From assembly GCA_030141605.1 (NCBI GenBank), contig JAQGDQ010000054.1, forward strand, positions 496,001 to 560,000: DNA of 64,000 nt, given 5' to 3'. The notes below the pieces were generated by a model. The model had not been told where the DNA came from and did no database searches. It saw only the letters and a program-made list of their open reading frames with translations. Made by a program: the position numbers and the translations under genes. Below, piece after piece: positions 51,173 to 64,000 of the stretch; within the stretch, counting starts at the first letter, position 1; every line of letters starts with the position of its first letter. This DNA is from Tubiluchus corallicola (taxonomy: Eukaryota > Animalia > Priapulida).

Positions 51173-51885
51173 TGTTACACCTAGAAAAAACATACACAAT
51201 TGACACTAAATCCTTTGATCAATACATCTCGCTGGGATTTGGTTCTCTGTGTTTTGCAGATTTGCTAATTCTCGGTAAGCAAATCACATTTTTGCATTAT
51301 CTTTCGATGTTCTCGCATTCAGAACCTTAAATTTTCAATCCAGGTTTTCTGAGTGGATTAGAAAACATTTTATAGTCAAGAATCAAAGTTGTTTGTTAAA
51401 TAAACTAGATTTCGCTTCTTCAGGTATAGAGAGGAATGGGCGGTTTAACTTTAGGAATCATAATTCATCTCTTATCATAAAATTTGGTGATAAATGCACC
51501 ACAACACACTGCAACTTCAGAAGCATTTAAAGAAAGAGTGCTTAGAATAAGTAATCATAAAGTATTCCTCCGAAAAGGCATTAAAAAATTAACAAATAAT
51601 TTTGAAGTGCATAGCTATGGAACATACATTTACCCACATGGAGAAAGATTGCAAATTTTACCTGTATTACCTATAAACTGCAGAAATGTAGTCGTACATA
51701 TGTACGAGCTCATTTAAAAATCTTAACTTGGCTATAGGTCCATATGCGTAAATGTACAAGCGTAAAGATGCTGGTTATTAGTTTCATGCCACCCTTATCT
51801 AAAACAATTTAACGTGAATGTAGGGTGGCTGATTTAATAACGTATGTTGCTTCCCTAGCCCTTTCCTATTCAATTAACACTATTA

Positions 51886-52772
51886 CAGTAGGTGCTGCTT
51901 AACAGACTCACGGTTAATAAACTCAATCGCTTATTTGACTCAAAAACGCCTGGAACAGGCCGATTCTATTCAAATATACATAAAAACTATCGGTAATTGA
52001 CTCAAATAACTCCACAAAATTGACTCAATATTTTTCTTTCACTTACTTAAAATAAGATATTTGTATGTGCCCAAAGAGCCTTTCTAATTTTTATGTCATC
52101 TTTACTTCCCTTTTGTGCACTATGTACAGAAACAATCATGTTAAGTGCCGTTTTGTTTGTAAGCAGGTACGTTTATCATGCGCTAATATGCTAGCGTAGC
52201 AGTTTTGCTTTGAATCTGTTACCCGCTCACCCACTGTTACCCAAAGAATTTCTGGAAGCTAAACATTTAATCACTTGCCTAGCGGTTTCCTTTTGATGTT
52301 ATCGTTGCAAATCACACTTTCAGGCTTAATGGGTCTTAGTCAAAGATGCAGGTACAGTAATCAGCTGGTATTTCTTGTGACTTACAAGAGTAAACATCGT
52401 ACAGCAAACAAGTGCAATGTAAGTGAGCAGACGATTCAAAACTGTTTTAGTCATGCACAACAGCAGATTTTCAATGTTTTTATAATTTTAAGAATTTTTA
52501 TTATTTTTGCAAATAAACAGACTCAGAAAAGTCTGTGATTTAGAAAAGTATACTTCTTAATTTATTGCTAATTCTTGATATTTTAAAACATTTTTTTTAG
52601 TTTTTAACTGCACAAAGGAATTTAGGCATCAGTTCGTTTCTAAAATTCATTAAAAACCTTTGCAGTGTCATAGTATGCAGATGACTCATACTCCATCGGT
52701 TAATAGGTTCAGTCGGGTAATTGGGTCAAAACACGTCGGTCCCGAAATGAGTCTATTAAGCGGCGCCTATTG
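51886..52772. mobile_element. pogo/Tigger-like non-autonomous element in the inferred KATNIP 5'UTR intron
   Basis: TA|CAGTAGGTGCTGCTTAACAGACTCA ... TGAGTCTATTAAGCGGCGCCTATTG|TA: ~25-bp inverted repeats with TA flanks. Confidence 0.8.
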
Positions 52773-52853
52773 TATATGAAAATTGCCTTTGTTAAATTGT
52801 GTTGGAAACAAATATGAAATAAACCTGAATCTGGTGAGATGCGAATGTGCCAA

Positions 52854-52867
52854 ATTGCCATGACAAC
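52854..52867. promoter_or_regulatory. RFX X-box-like motif at the inferred KATNIP 5' end
   Basis: ATTGCCATGACAAC, 2 mismatches from the palindrome GTTGCCATGGCAAC, about 30 nt upstream of a candidate non-coding-exon donor (CAG|GT at 52825/52824, - strand). Confidence 0.55.
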
Positions 52868-54188
52868 TGAGCATCAATCTTAAAGCTTAATTCCTAAATA
52901 TTTTGTGAAAAAACATTGGGTACCCAGTTTGCTCTTGCGTGAAGTTCACAAACGCACTTACTGAACTTGATCCTAATCTCGACTGTATAACTATAACGCC
53001 ATTAATGTGGTATAACTAAAATACAGACATACAGCATATTAAATAACAAAAAGTATACATTTATAATTGATTCTACTTCATCGCGCCTCGAATGTCAGAA
53101 CTTAGATCGAAAACCTTCAAAGAAAAACGTGAGCACGAATCAACATAAGTAAACAAGAATCTCGAAGACTCAAACAAATCGCTAACGTTAATATGGGCTA
53201 CCTTATTTGCGCAAGCTCGATGATGATCAAGTTGCTTTTTATACATATCTATGACGCACTCACTAAATGTAGCATTTTTCTCGTTTTATTAAATAAGATA
53301 AAAGAAGAAAAAACAATAGTTGTTACATGCATATAACGGTCAACGATTCGTTTGTAACAGTTATCAAGTTAAGAAATTGTAGAAAAAATACAAAAGAAGT
53401 TGTAGAAGTAAGAACTTTTGGCACTTTGTGTCTGCCCTGTTACTACAATTTTGCACTTGCCCTGGCATGCCTCGTTGATGTTAACTATTAACATTCTGAT
53501 GGAAATAGCCCTTTCATCATTTCGTTCTTCATTATTCCGTCTGCCTTCTCACCACATCCTCACATTTTCATTACTTTTCAAGTCTTCTCTTTTACGTATA
53601 TACCTCCTGTGCTCTCTTTTAGAAGACAAGCACATTTCTGACTGTATCCTTCATTAAGTCACTTTCATATTGGCTAAACATTATAATTTTAAATACTGAA
53701 ATCTATTTTTTCTAGGAGTTCAATACTGGTTCCAGGCAGCATCATTCATAAATTTAGGCTGTTGTTACCTCAAACAGAGGTAAGATATGTATACATCTGA
53801 AACACCGTTACCAGCACTGGCTTATCTTACAGACCTGCGTGAGCCAGTGGACCAGGCTCCAGTCATGCCACGTACATCTCATTGAGTAAGTCCTGCCTAA
53901 CCAAAGAATGTTGTTTGAGTGATAATGTAAATCACAGAAAAAGTACCTATACATCGTAAAAAGATACATTAAAAAGTTCAACATGGAGTAACTAACAATT
54001 AATGCACAGCTGGATTCTGGCATCTAGTACATCAAAGTGTATAAAAAAATTATTTAATAGTAACCTCTTTTAACTTGGTTTCTTAGTTTACTGCTAACTT
54101 AGAGATGTCATGGTACAGACATAGATGCAGCGTTTCATATTTTTCAGCAATTTCAGGTACTTTTTCTATGACTTTACATTACTGTTAC

Positions 54189-54635
54189 CAGGGCTGACAT
54201 GGTTAACCATTTAACCGACCGCTAAGTGGTGTAACCGTTTAGAAAATCTCTAACCATTTATAAATTACTTGGCAAAATTTTCTACGTATCCGTATCAATG
54301 AAATCTTGTATCTTTTCTGTGTTGGCACAAGCAGTTAGCAATGTTCTGCTTACAAAAATTGTACCATTTACAACATTATTTTCAAATAAGGTGGTTGCCT
54401 AAGAAGCATCTAAATTGTAAATTGTAAAAAGTTTTTCACTTGCATATGTTACAAGATGCTGCCATGTTGGATACTTTCACTGGAGCATGCTAGATTTGAA
54501 CCGCACGGCTCATTCGTGCAAGTCATATGTGTATTTGATACTTTCTTATAACTATGACGTCATCGGACACGGTTAACCGACAGCAATTAATAATTGTTAA
54601 ATGGTTAGTTAAAAAGCCTAACCGTCTCAGCTCTA
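54189..54635. mobile_element. hAT-like MITE
   Basis: Ends CAGGGCTGACATGGTTA ... TAACCGTCTCAGCTCTA with subterminal TAACCG/GGTTAA repeats; 8-bp target duplication not clear. Confidence 0.55.
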
Positions 54636-55005
54636 ATCGTTTACTCTTTTGTTTGCCAACTTGGAATATCTTGAAATAGAACAATCCACACAGCTTCACC
54701 ACATAAACTTTGTAATTATAGTTCAAGAACTACAATACAATCAAACTAATGACACTTCTAAATAGCAAAAATAACAGCTAGCCTGTAATTTATTTAACAA
54801 TTACAGAAAAGGCAGATATCAAACACAACAGTAAATATTAGAAATTTATAAAAAATCAAATTACCTTTGACTATATACACTGCCACACCAAACATGAGTA
54901 TAAAATAATTTGTAAAGACTTTACTAATGTGGCTGCACATAATCATGACATTATTCCACAATATCATATAATGAAGAAAAAAATGCGGTCCCCTTCTAAT
55001 AACCA

Positions 55006-55028
55006 TATATATATATATATATATATAT
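55006..55028. repeat. (AT)n microsatellite
   Basis: About 11 AT units. Confidence 0.9.
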
Positions 55029-56309
55029 AACCACTTTCACCACTTTACCACCAGTATTCCAGATCCAACATAATAACCATATTTTAATTTGGCAGACGAA
55101 GAAATCAGATAGCTGTTATTTTATACCACTGTTACGGATCCAATTTCCATAACTGCAAAAAAAACCAAGTAGCTAAAAAATGAGCCTCTACAAAGTAATA
55201 AACTGGCACACCACGCTAATATTGTCATTAAGCGCATTTTTGTAGCTCAAATTCAGGTCAATGTTAGAGTTACAATTTTTTAAACGTTTCAACTCTTTTC
55301 AATGGCAAACTGCAAATGAACTGTTAGCTTTAAGTTTGCATTTTCGGCAAGTTTAAACAAGTTCGTAACGAATTAATAACTATTGATGTACACTATTGAA
55401 TAGAATTTTTAATACTGACAATTACATGAACATCTTCAGTAGCTATTTTTGCAACTCGTGTGCATTTTACAATTTCTTTCATTTCAAAAAATTGTTGTAA
55501 AGCAGGTTTAAAACTTCACTTCACTCAGAATTCAATATACAGTGATAACAACTATTGCTATATAGTAAAATGTTAAAATGGCAATTTATTCAATAGATTT
55601 ATGCCACATGCGGAGGCACATCATGCAATATCTGTAGCCATTAAATCACTTAAGATTCCAATAGTGATCCAGGTGTGTCAAATAGTGAATTTTTTTCCAA
55701 TTCTTTTCATGGATATGGATGCTAATCATGGATAATTACATGTCATGCAATATCTGTGTTATTACACAAACACTTGAAGGCCTATATAACCACAACAGAC
55801 ATTGAAGTTTTTTTAACACATTATTTTTATTTACACAAATAATTCATAGTTATTATTAAACAAAAGAGACTTTTAAATTAAATAACTGACCCTTTTCTGG
55901 CAAATTTCAGAAAAGTTTCTGAAATTTTTGGCTGTAAAGTTTGCCATGTTTAGCCTCTTTGGTGTGAGTGAGTAACAATGACTTACGACGTACAGAAAGC
56001 GTCTTTGATTGCAGATCTTTAGTGACCTCGTGACTGTACTCATAACGTCATTCGTTTCACACTACGAAAAATGGCGGTTCTTCAAATTTAATACCACTAA
56101 CAAAGAAGCGATAAAAAATCAAAAGAACCAAGTTTTACAATAAGTTTATAATGAAATAAATTGAGTATTTGTAATGAGCAGGATTTTAAGTTGTAAAAGC
56201 TTATATGGTAGTGAAAGTATAGTTTGATTTTAAAAAAATTGATGTAATGATACAGATGTAAATTTTGATAGTCAATTGATTAGTCACAGACTAACAGATT
56301 TACCACTTA

Positions 56310-56522
56310 TCAGCTGTGTGGGTGCGGTTTAGAATGTTGCTCTTTCTTATTTTTCTCTGTGTTCTCCATCTTCGTTTGGAGTTTTCGTGTGTGACCACTG
56401 GTATCATGCAAATTTGTATTCTGCTGTGTTTCTTTCTTCGTTCGACCTTTACCACCTGACCCAGGCATGTACTTGTCAGCTTCATAATTGTACTCTTCAT
56501 ATTCGTCTACTTTATCCGCCAT
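56310..56522 (-). CDS. NUPR1: Nuclear protein 1 (p8), 70 aa, single coding exon
   Basis: 'GGKGRTKKETQQNTN...SGHTRKLQTKMENTE' matches the p8 family motif. Acceptor TTTCAG 16 nt before the ATG; candidate 5' non-coding exon donor near 59799; donor G|GTAAAT just after the stop. Confidence 0.9.
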   Translation of the reverse strand: MADKVDEYEEYNYEADKYMPGSGGKGRTKKETQQNTNLHDTSGHTRKLQTKMENTEKNKKEQHSKPHPHS

Positions 56523-57009
56523 TGTTAAATTTTTAGTACTGAAACATATATTTAAGAAAATATGAAATTTACAAAGTTGGTTTTAACTTCTGCCATTTCA
56601 AATAATCATATTACATATTACAAAATTCATTAATAGAACAAAATAATGTGTATTTACAATGACTAGATACTACCAGGTGTTAAGTAAGTACAGACATGCA
56701 ATACTATGGAACAATATTAGTGATGAAATTAAAACCAATACATTTATTTATTAGCCAACAATATAGCATAAGTTTAGACTAGTCATAATTTGATCTATTA
56801 ATCCACGGCCACTCTCATAACAAGTTTAAAAATACTATGTTTGTTATCGATTTGTTACCATTTCACATTATGAGTAGATAGGGATTTTATTTCTTATTAT
56901 TTTTTGTCATGTCACGTCGTCTACGGCTGATACGAATTAACCAGATTTTTGATTAAATTATCAAGTCTTATTTTGATGAGTGTTCACACTCTTGCATTTA
57001 TTTAAAAAT

Positions 57010-57084
57010 GTTTATTGAGAACTGCTATATTTTGTTAATAAAAATGTCATTTTTATTAACAAAATATAGCAGTTCTTAATAAAC
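57010..57084. repeat. 75-bp near-perfect palindrome
   Basis: 37-bp arms, 1-nt spacer, one mismatch. Confidence 0.95.
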
Positions 57085-57111
57085 TGACTGGTGATGGGGA
57101 AAACGAATTTT

Positions 57112-57612
57112 TAAAGTGAAAATAAAATCAGTACCCACTTAAACAAAGACATGGCATTATTCAAATGCAAACATCTGCAACGCTGCAATTTTTTACACTT
57201 TTTAGAAAAATTCAGCCAGCGCTTAATGATCAACATTCCTTTCTGCGTCTACAATTATTTTGACTGGACCTTGTAGCTGCTCATTTACAGTATTGTTCAT
57301 GTTTGGTGCAGAGGCTTCTGTCATTAACACCCACAGGCATTAGTCAGAAAATGATTTGTGTTGGAGTAACATAACTCTATTTTTTTGTCATTTGGCATTG
57401 TCCTAGACATTCCGTATGTTTACAGTTCAACATTTGTTTTGTTTGCTTTTCACAATGTGGATTTTTGTCATTTTATACACTATATTTCCATTAGGTGGAT
57501 TGCTACATGATCATGATCATGTAATATTTGAAATGTTGCAGACAAGCAGATGTTTTGTGTTGGCATAAAAGTCATGTCTTTGCCTAAATAGGTAAACTGT
57601 TATTTTCATATA
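57112..57612. mobile_element. Old MITE with ~90-bp degenerate terminal inverted repeats
   Basis: TGAAAATAA...CAAAGACATG...AAACATCTGC at left is mirrored by GCAGATGTTT...CATGTCTTTG...TTATTTTCA at right. Confidence 0.6.
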
Positions 57613-60600
57613 GCAATTTCTTTTTTAACTAAATAATAAAAAATAAATACACTTCTGTGTGCTTGATTTTTCTTTTTTCCAGTTAAAATGAATAAACTAG
57701 CATATGAACATATAAATGTAAGCATTAGTGCTGGCCAATAGGTAACGATCATGAGAATAAGTACCACTTCAAGCAGTTTCAGCAGCTATTCTCACCATCA
57801 GACCATTTACATTTACCACATTGCTGAATACTGGTGTGCTTTTGTTACTAAGAAAATAACAAGAAGTTTGTTAACATTACATAACTTTGTTAATATCATA
57901 TAACTTCTGCTTAAATTATTTTTATAGCTTTTATTTTTCACCTTTTAAGCATTAATTTTTGCTTTTACTAAAGTTTCTTTGTAAATAGGCCTAACTTACA
58001 AGGGGAATTTGTACTAAAAGGAGTTGAACTATAGATAGAAGAACTAAAAACAGTTTTTGCATTGCACAAGTTTTGAATCATTTTCTTGTCTCTTATTTCA
58101 CCATATTTTGTTTGTTAGACTTTGGTTATCAGGTCACTTAAAAAAACAACTGTGCTGCGTTCCAAACTCACTACATGTAGTAAAGTAAATGCTTTGAGAA
58201 GCTCACTTTTGTTTTTACAGAAACTCAAACTTTCTGCTTTTTGACCAATAGTGAAAATGGGTCATTTTTTATTTGGTATAGATAGCCCAAATGACAACAA
58301 ACATTTGCACTTTAAGCAGACGATTTTGTCATGAACAATTGCAATCACACTGTTTCATGACGAGTCACACTGTGCAAGTTACAGTGGTGTCTGATAGCTG
58401 CAACTGTATGTGACAGCTACTGGGGTATTAAATTACAAGTTTGCTTGGGCAATTGCTGGTCATTTTGTTTGCATAATGGAAGTGGCTGTATGAAATGTGA
58501 ACCTGGTCAACGATCAGTACGCAAATAAAAAATTATATTTTGATAAAGGTAAAAAATAATCTGAGTCACATAAATGGTATAGTCAGCCAAAAACACTTTT
58601 TTCTAATCTTGATGAATCATCACGATGATGATATTTTCCTCGTCTTTCATTTTTCTCTAATCACAGCTTCCTCTTTCCGTGTTCACATTGAGTTCCTTTA
58701 TTTAATAATCAATAATCAGTTTAATTATTCACAGCTTTTATAATTTCTTTTCTCCTTTGAATTATGCACTGTTATTATTTTAGTTCTTTTTATTAATATC
58801 AGGTGCAAAAAGTTGACAAAATGCCTATCACAATATGACAAATTAATTTAGTCATTCCTTTATTGAATGACTAAATTCAATAAATCAGAATCACACATGG
58901 GTTATTATATGCACATGACTTGTATGACATAGGTTTTGTTCATGTGCATGCCTGTTTTCCCTTCATTGTCCATAACAGAAAAAACATTTAAATTTCTATT
59001 GCACACAAATTCATCCTGTTCCCATGCACAACTGATGCAGCAATGAGCATCCTACAAAACCAGCTCATGCCAATAAAAAGGGACCATTTTGTTATGTGCC
59101 ATCAGGTTTATTCATGAATTCTACAAGATGGTTTGCATCAGTTTGAGGCTTCTTTACAAAAAGCCACGGAAGGGGCTAGCCACATCATAATTTTTAAACA
59201 CGAATGCAACTAGGGGCTCATTTGGCTGGAGATAAGAATGACTTTAAATTTGTATTTACAGGCAAAACTTTTTATGCGTGTGTACTATGCAATGATTTAA
59301 ATATTTTTATTGTAATTTGTAGATTTAGGTTTTGTGTTGGAGTACACATATCGGAGACGCTAAACAATGGATTAACGAAACGAAATTATTCGATTCAATT
59401 AAATTAAATTTCATTTTCTCAATAGCAGTTTAAAATTCATCATAATTATTTTTATATTTCATTGTAGCCGAGGAGCAGCAGCGAAATACCTATTGGTCAC
59501 TTGGTCAGCTGCCCCTTATTAAAAGTACAAGTTTATTCACAGGGTGATGACATTTTTAATAAAACAAACGCAATTCAACTGAAAACAAAAGAAATTTTCA
59601 TTTTTGCTTTTTCTATTAAAACAAGATCAGGCTATTACTAATAACACAGTATGTACACTGTAACATTGTAGTAATAACGTTGGCTGGTTTTAACGCATAA
59701 TATCATAATTACCTAAATATTTTGACAGCTTAGTTACGCAAAATGAAAGTCAGCGAATTATATAAGTACAGCTAAACTATGCACTTGCACCTACTAACCT
59801 TTAGTTTGATTGAAAATAATAGATGTTTTCCAAAATTTCTAAAAACCTGACCGAAATACAGCCATACGGAGTGACGAGTGACGACACACCGTATTCGCAA
59901 AACCAACAAAGTTGAAAAATTGAGGGAGGTTATCTATGACTCACGCTCAGTAATTTTGGTGATTTCTTTTGCTCCACTCGATGAATATGAGCCTTTGGAC
60001 AAATTAAATCAGTCATTTTGTTTACAGCCTGCAGGAACAATTTCTATTTAAATCTCGAGGTTAATTATGGCAGGTTTTGTTTTGTTTACTTCTTCCATTA
60101 ATAATTTTGTTTTTTGTACACATGTACACTTTCTTTTTTCCGTGTGCTGCTGTTCGTCTTTCATTCATTAACGAAAACACCTTTGTGCAAATTAATTGAA
60201 ACAAACAGACTTACGAACTAATATTATTCAGTGTTTGATGTATGTCCATGTTTTTGAGCAGGATACACGTATCGTTTTGCATCTGTTGCTGTTTTTGTCC
60301 AAGATGGGTTAATTTTATCATTTCTGAGTCAATAAATCAAACGGTGATGCTACAGTCACCCTGTGTGACGAAACGTGATTGCAGCATTGTTGACAGTCAC
60401 ATGATAGTCATTATTTTTATGTGAAGAAACTTTTCCAAGAATCAAATAAGCCTGTTAGAGTGGCTTGGAAACTCTCCTCACTGGAACTTTATAGACAATT
60501 TGGGCTGTTTGTAAGCAACATCTTCGAGAAATGGACAGCACAACAACAGAGAAGCTGATGATGTCCCTAATGCGTGTTTGGTACAGAGACCCAAAAATCC

Positions 60601-61962
60601 TGCAGGATTGTACACATTTGGTGGCTTTATGCCAAATCATATCAAGATATGCTTCTCAAGAATTGAGGCGGTCACGTCATATACTATTTTGTGTATAATA
60701 CATATTGTACACAGTAAAAAATTGAGCAAAACTTTTTTGTTGTTTTCAGAATTCGAATTAATTTGCACAATGGTGTATTAAAAACCGTTGTGTAAACATG
60801 GCGCTACACTGTTTAGTCGTGTCCCTTTAGTGTGCTTATAGCCGTTTCTAAAAATTTGTTTTAACGTTGATCATATATAGTTGCATCATTACAATTTTTA
60901 ATGTAATTTGGATGTTTATTTTTTATTCATTTATAGACCCTTGGTTTTTTCTGCTTAGCTTTTACTCTCAAATATCGTTTCAACACCTTCGCATAACGTA
61001 TTTTTAACAATGTTTTCCATTCTGACATTTTTATATTGGTGACATGCTCTTTATTAATATAAACTTTATGTTAAAATATGTAGCTAATTTTCAAGTTCTA
61101 TTGAATCTGTTTATCATGATATATTAACAATTTACTGCAATCATTTGCTTTAACAAATTGCCTGCATTTTTTCGAATGCTTGATATTCATTTCAGTTAAG
61201 ATTGGACAATGTTTCTGAGTTATATGTTAGTGCTGGAAGTGCTACTGATTCCATTAGCCATACCAGAACTGGTAAACCTTCGTGCACACACGTGTGTGAA
61301 GAAAGCAAGGGTGTGAGTTCTAGAATAGATATTTCTGACATTTTTTCGATATGTAAGTAAGAAAACATTTTTTGTTCAATTTGCGTGGATAAATCGACTT
61401 CATTTTCGCTAAAATACACCACTACAGTTTGGCGTAGTATTGTATTACGTATTTAGTTTTAAACCAATTCAGTACTCTGCAAGGGTCCAAGACTAGCTCC
61501 CTATCAAAGACGATCCTCCAAGACGAGGCACGAAACCGACAATGGTAATATCAAGGGGCAGAACGATAGATAAAATTGCCCAATGTCCATGAGCAATCTT
61601 TGTTCGTTCACTCATCTATTCTCTGACCAGGTAACCATTCATAGTGTGTGCTCAATTTCGGTCCCTACGTAGACGCCATAACTACTCAGCTCTTGACACA
61701 AAGTTTTAAATACACATATAGGCCCGCAATTAGACTGAGATAACACTGTTATACCTTAATGGAATGTGAATGGTTTTGAACACAGTAAAATAATCACATT
61801 CATTTTAACAATTTAATCAGTTTAATCAGCTTTTGAAAACATAAAGAAACAAATAAGCAACAGCGAGAGTGCAAGTAGTGGAGCTGTGGTTTTGTAGGAT
61901 TTAAAATAAAAATGGACAGTGAACTGTTTAAAATGAGGCGTATAACTATTTCACTGGCACTT

Positions 61963-63930
61963 TTAATAATCAGTTTGTTCACATTTTTTGACAGTGATGC
62001 CACAGGTTTTTTGCTTCATTCTGTGTTTTCTCTCAAACATTGAATCCGGTTCGTTGCTTTCATCCACATCTATGTCGTCATCATCATCGTCATCACCATC
62101 AAAGCTTGTTTCAATGTCCTCTGATATAACATTATTACTCTCTTCGGTGAACATGTTTATTTCTTCTTTGTCAAAGCACACGCCGACGTGTGGTAAGACT
62201 TTTGGTAGTTTGTAAGTTTTTCCACAAACGTCGCAAGAACATGTTCGAGATTTGACCTGTGGAGTAAATAAACATCTGTACCACATCGTGTTATAAGAAA
62301 ACTCCAGGTTTCAAAGCTCTCAATGTCAAAGAAACAAAATATGTACCAGTAGCAATTAAATTATTTTAATGATAATCATTTGTCGTAAAACTTCGAGAGT
62401 AACAATTATTGATTCTTCTTGTATTTTCCTAATATAAGACAGGGAAAGAGGGAGAAGGAAGAAAAAGTGAGCTAGACAGACAGACAGAGAGAAGTAAAAA
62501 GAGAGAAAGCGTAAGAGAAAGGGAGAGAGAGCGGGAGAGAGAGAGAAAGAGAGAAGGGAGAGAGCACTAATGCCTACCTGGACGCCATCAGTTTTCTCTG
62601 TGCAAGGAGTATAGGCACTCCATTTTGTACAAGTAATCATGTCTCTAAACACACACTTGTGTATTACCATCAAGTCAGCCAACTTCTCCATACGTTTTTC
62701 CTTTACTCGGTCTTTTTCTAAAATGTAATGCCGTTATCAAGTAGTGATCATATGTATCACGTAGTGTCACGTCAGAAGAGAGAAAGACAGTTGAAAGGTA
62801 GAAGGCATTTATCACACTTTGTAAAGCATTAAAACAGCTCTATGATGAATCTTTTCCATTTTCTTAGCATTTGTAATACCATAACAATGAAAAATAAATG
62901 ACCAATAACTAAACTGAGATTTTATGAAAGCATGAAAGCTTTTCAATTTACTCTGAAATCTGAACTTATTTTATCAGAATTTATTTTCAAATGGATCTGG
63001 ACTTCTCTAAACACGTCTCTTTTATGTACTGTTTAGTCTAAGACAACTGTTAGATAGCGTATCTATTAGTTTTCTTGGCTTAAACAGTACATATGTAAGA
63101 GATATGTTCAGAAAAGACCAGATTTTCATTTATATAAACTCCAAAGATTTTGACAACACTTGAACACTTGATTATGGCATTATTTAGGTTAAATAAATGT
63201 CTCATCATCGGGAATGTTTTGCTTAGATAGTAAAATATCGTGACTCTGAAATTTATCGGGGCTTTGCTGTCATCAGGTTATTTTCGAACCAATTTACAAC
63301 CTTGTGCTTGCTTATTAAGTTTCTTTCTTACGCATGTATAAGCATATACAGCACATGATTTTAGAATCTCTTAGCATGGCACTTATTTTCGCCTAAACGC
63401 CAGAGCTATAAGGGTTTTCTTAGGTTATCAATACAGTGCCTACCAGCACAAAATGTTTTCTGAAATGCAGAAACGCTTACCAAATATGAAAAAAAATTAT
63501 GAAAACAGTTGATAGACTTGTAATATTATCTAATATAAAGTTTGAAATTACTGTACTATTTTGGAATAAACTATGAGTACTAAACTGGCAATAACTACAT
63601 CAAGATCTTCACCTTTGGGAAGGTCTTCAAAGAATTTATCCACTAGGGTGCAGTTGATTTGGTTTCCCTGAAACGCCGGAAACAAGTCCCTGTGCACAGC
63701 CTTGAAAAACTCTTTTGCTTCTTCTTTATTTTCAAAGAAAAATTTGAAAAAATGTGGTGGAAAGAATCTATGATGATGACGCCTTCCACCGCCTCTCATC
63801 TCTCCGCCACCATAACCCATGCCCGGAAGGCGACGGCCCATTCCCGGAAAGAAAGGTTTGTGATGGCCATCGCTGTGCCCAAAACCATGTTGAGCATTAA
63901 CAGCAACAACAGCACTAAGCAGTAGTAACC
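61963..63930 (-). CDS. Secreted Gly/His-rich protein with TSP1-like cysteine module and acidic tail, 5'-partial; exons 63930-63613, 62717-62578, 62256-61963
   Basis: Exon phases join (1, 1, 0). Signal-peptide end LLLLSAVVAVNA/QHG; 'CTKWSAYTPC...GVQ|VKSRTC' resembles a thrombospondin type-1 repeat; poly-Asp near the C-terminus. Confidence 0.7.
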
Positions 63931-64000
63931 CTAAAACTGAAAAATGTTAATGATTAGTTAGTTGTAATAAAATACCCCCAAAACAAATCAATTTTAGCAG

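Noticed and set aside
55980-56080. CpG-containing patch with YY1-like AAAATGGCGG
   Set aside because: Single short motif with no associated exon; insufficient to call a promoter.
58845-58878. 13-bp-arm hairpin
   Set aside because: Short and AT-rich, with no supporting context.

Overview
AT-rich, intron-containing genomic DNA from a eukaryote, most likely an invertebrate animal; no prokaryotic features. Genes reconstructed by hand from splice signals and protein motifs, left to right: BORCS5 (-, 3' end runs off the window); an intronless RPP30 coding exon about 1 kb upstream on the same strand; 8-coding-exon ALKBH3 (+) with an intronless CCCH-zinc-finger/TatD nuclease ORF nested in its first coding intron; a ~30 kb KATNIP/KIAA0556 gene (-) containing a U12-type intron, a probable GC-AG intron and a spliced antisense orphan gene; NUPR1/p8 (-); and the 3' part of a secreted Gly/His-rich, TSP1-like, Asp-tailed protein (-). 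Introns and intergenic DNA carry several MITE-like elements, a divergent pair of tRNA-derived repeats, a 75-bp palindrome and microsatellites. The most interesting signal is the ALKBH3/CCCH-TatD locus, where ALKBH3 exon 1 can splice in frame onto either the demethylase or the nuclease. All gene names come from recalled motif similarity; no database search was run.
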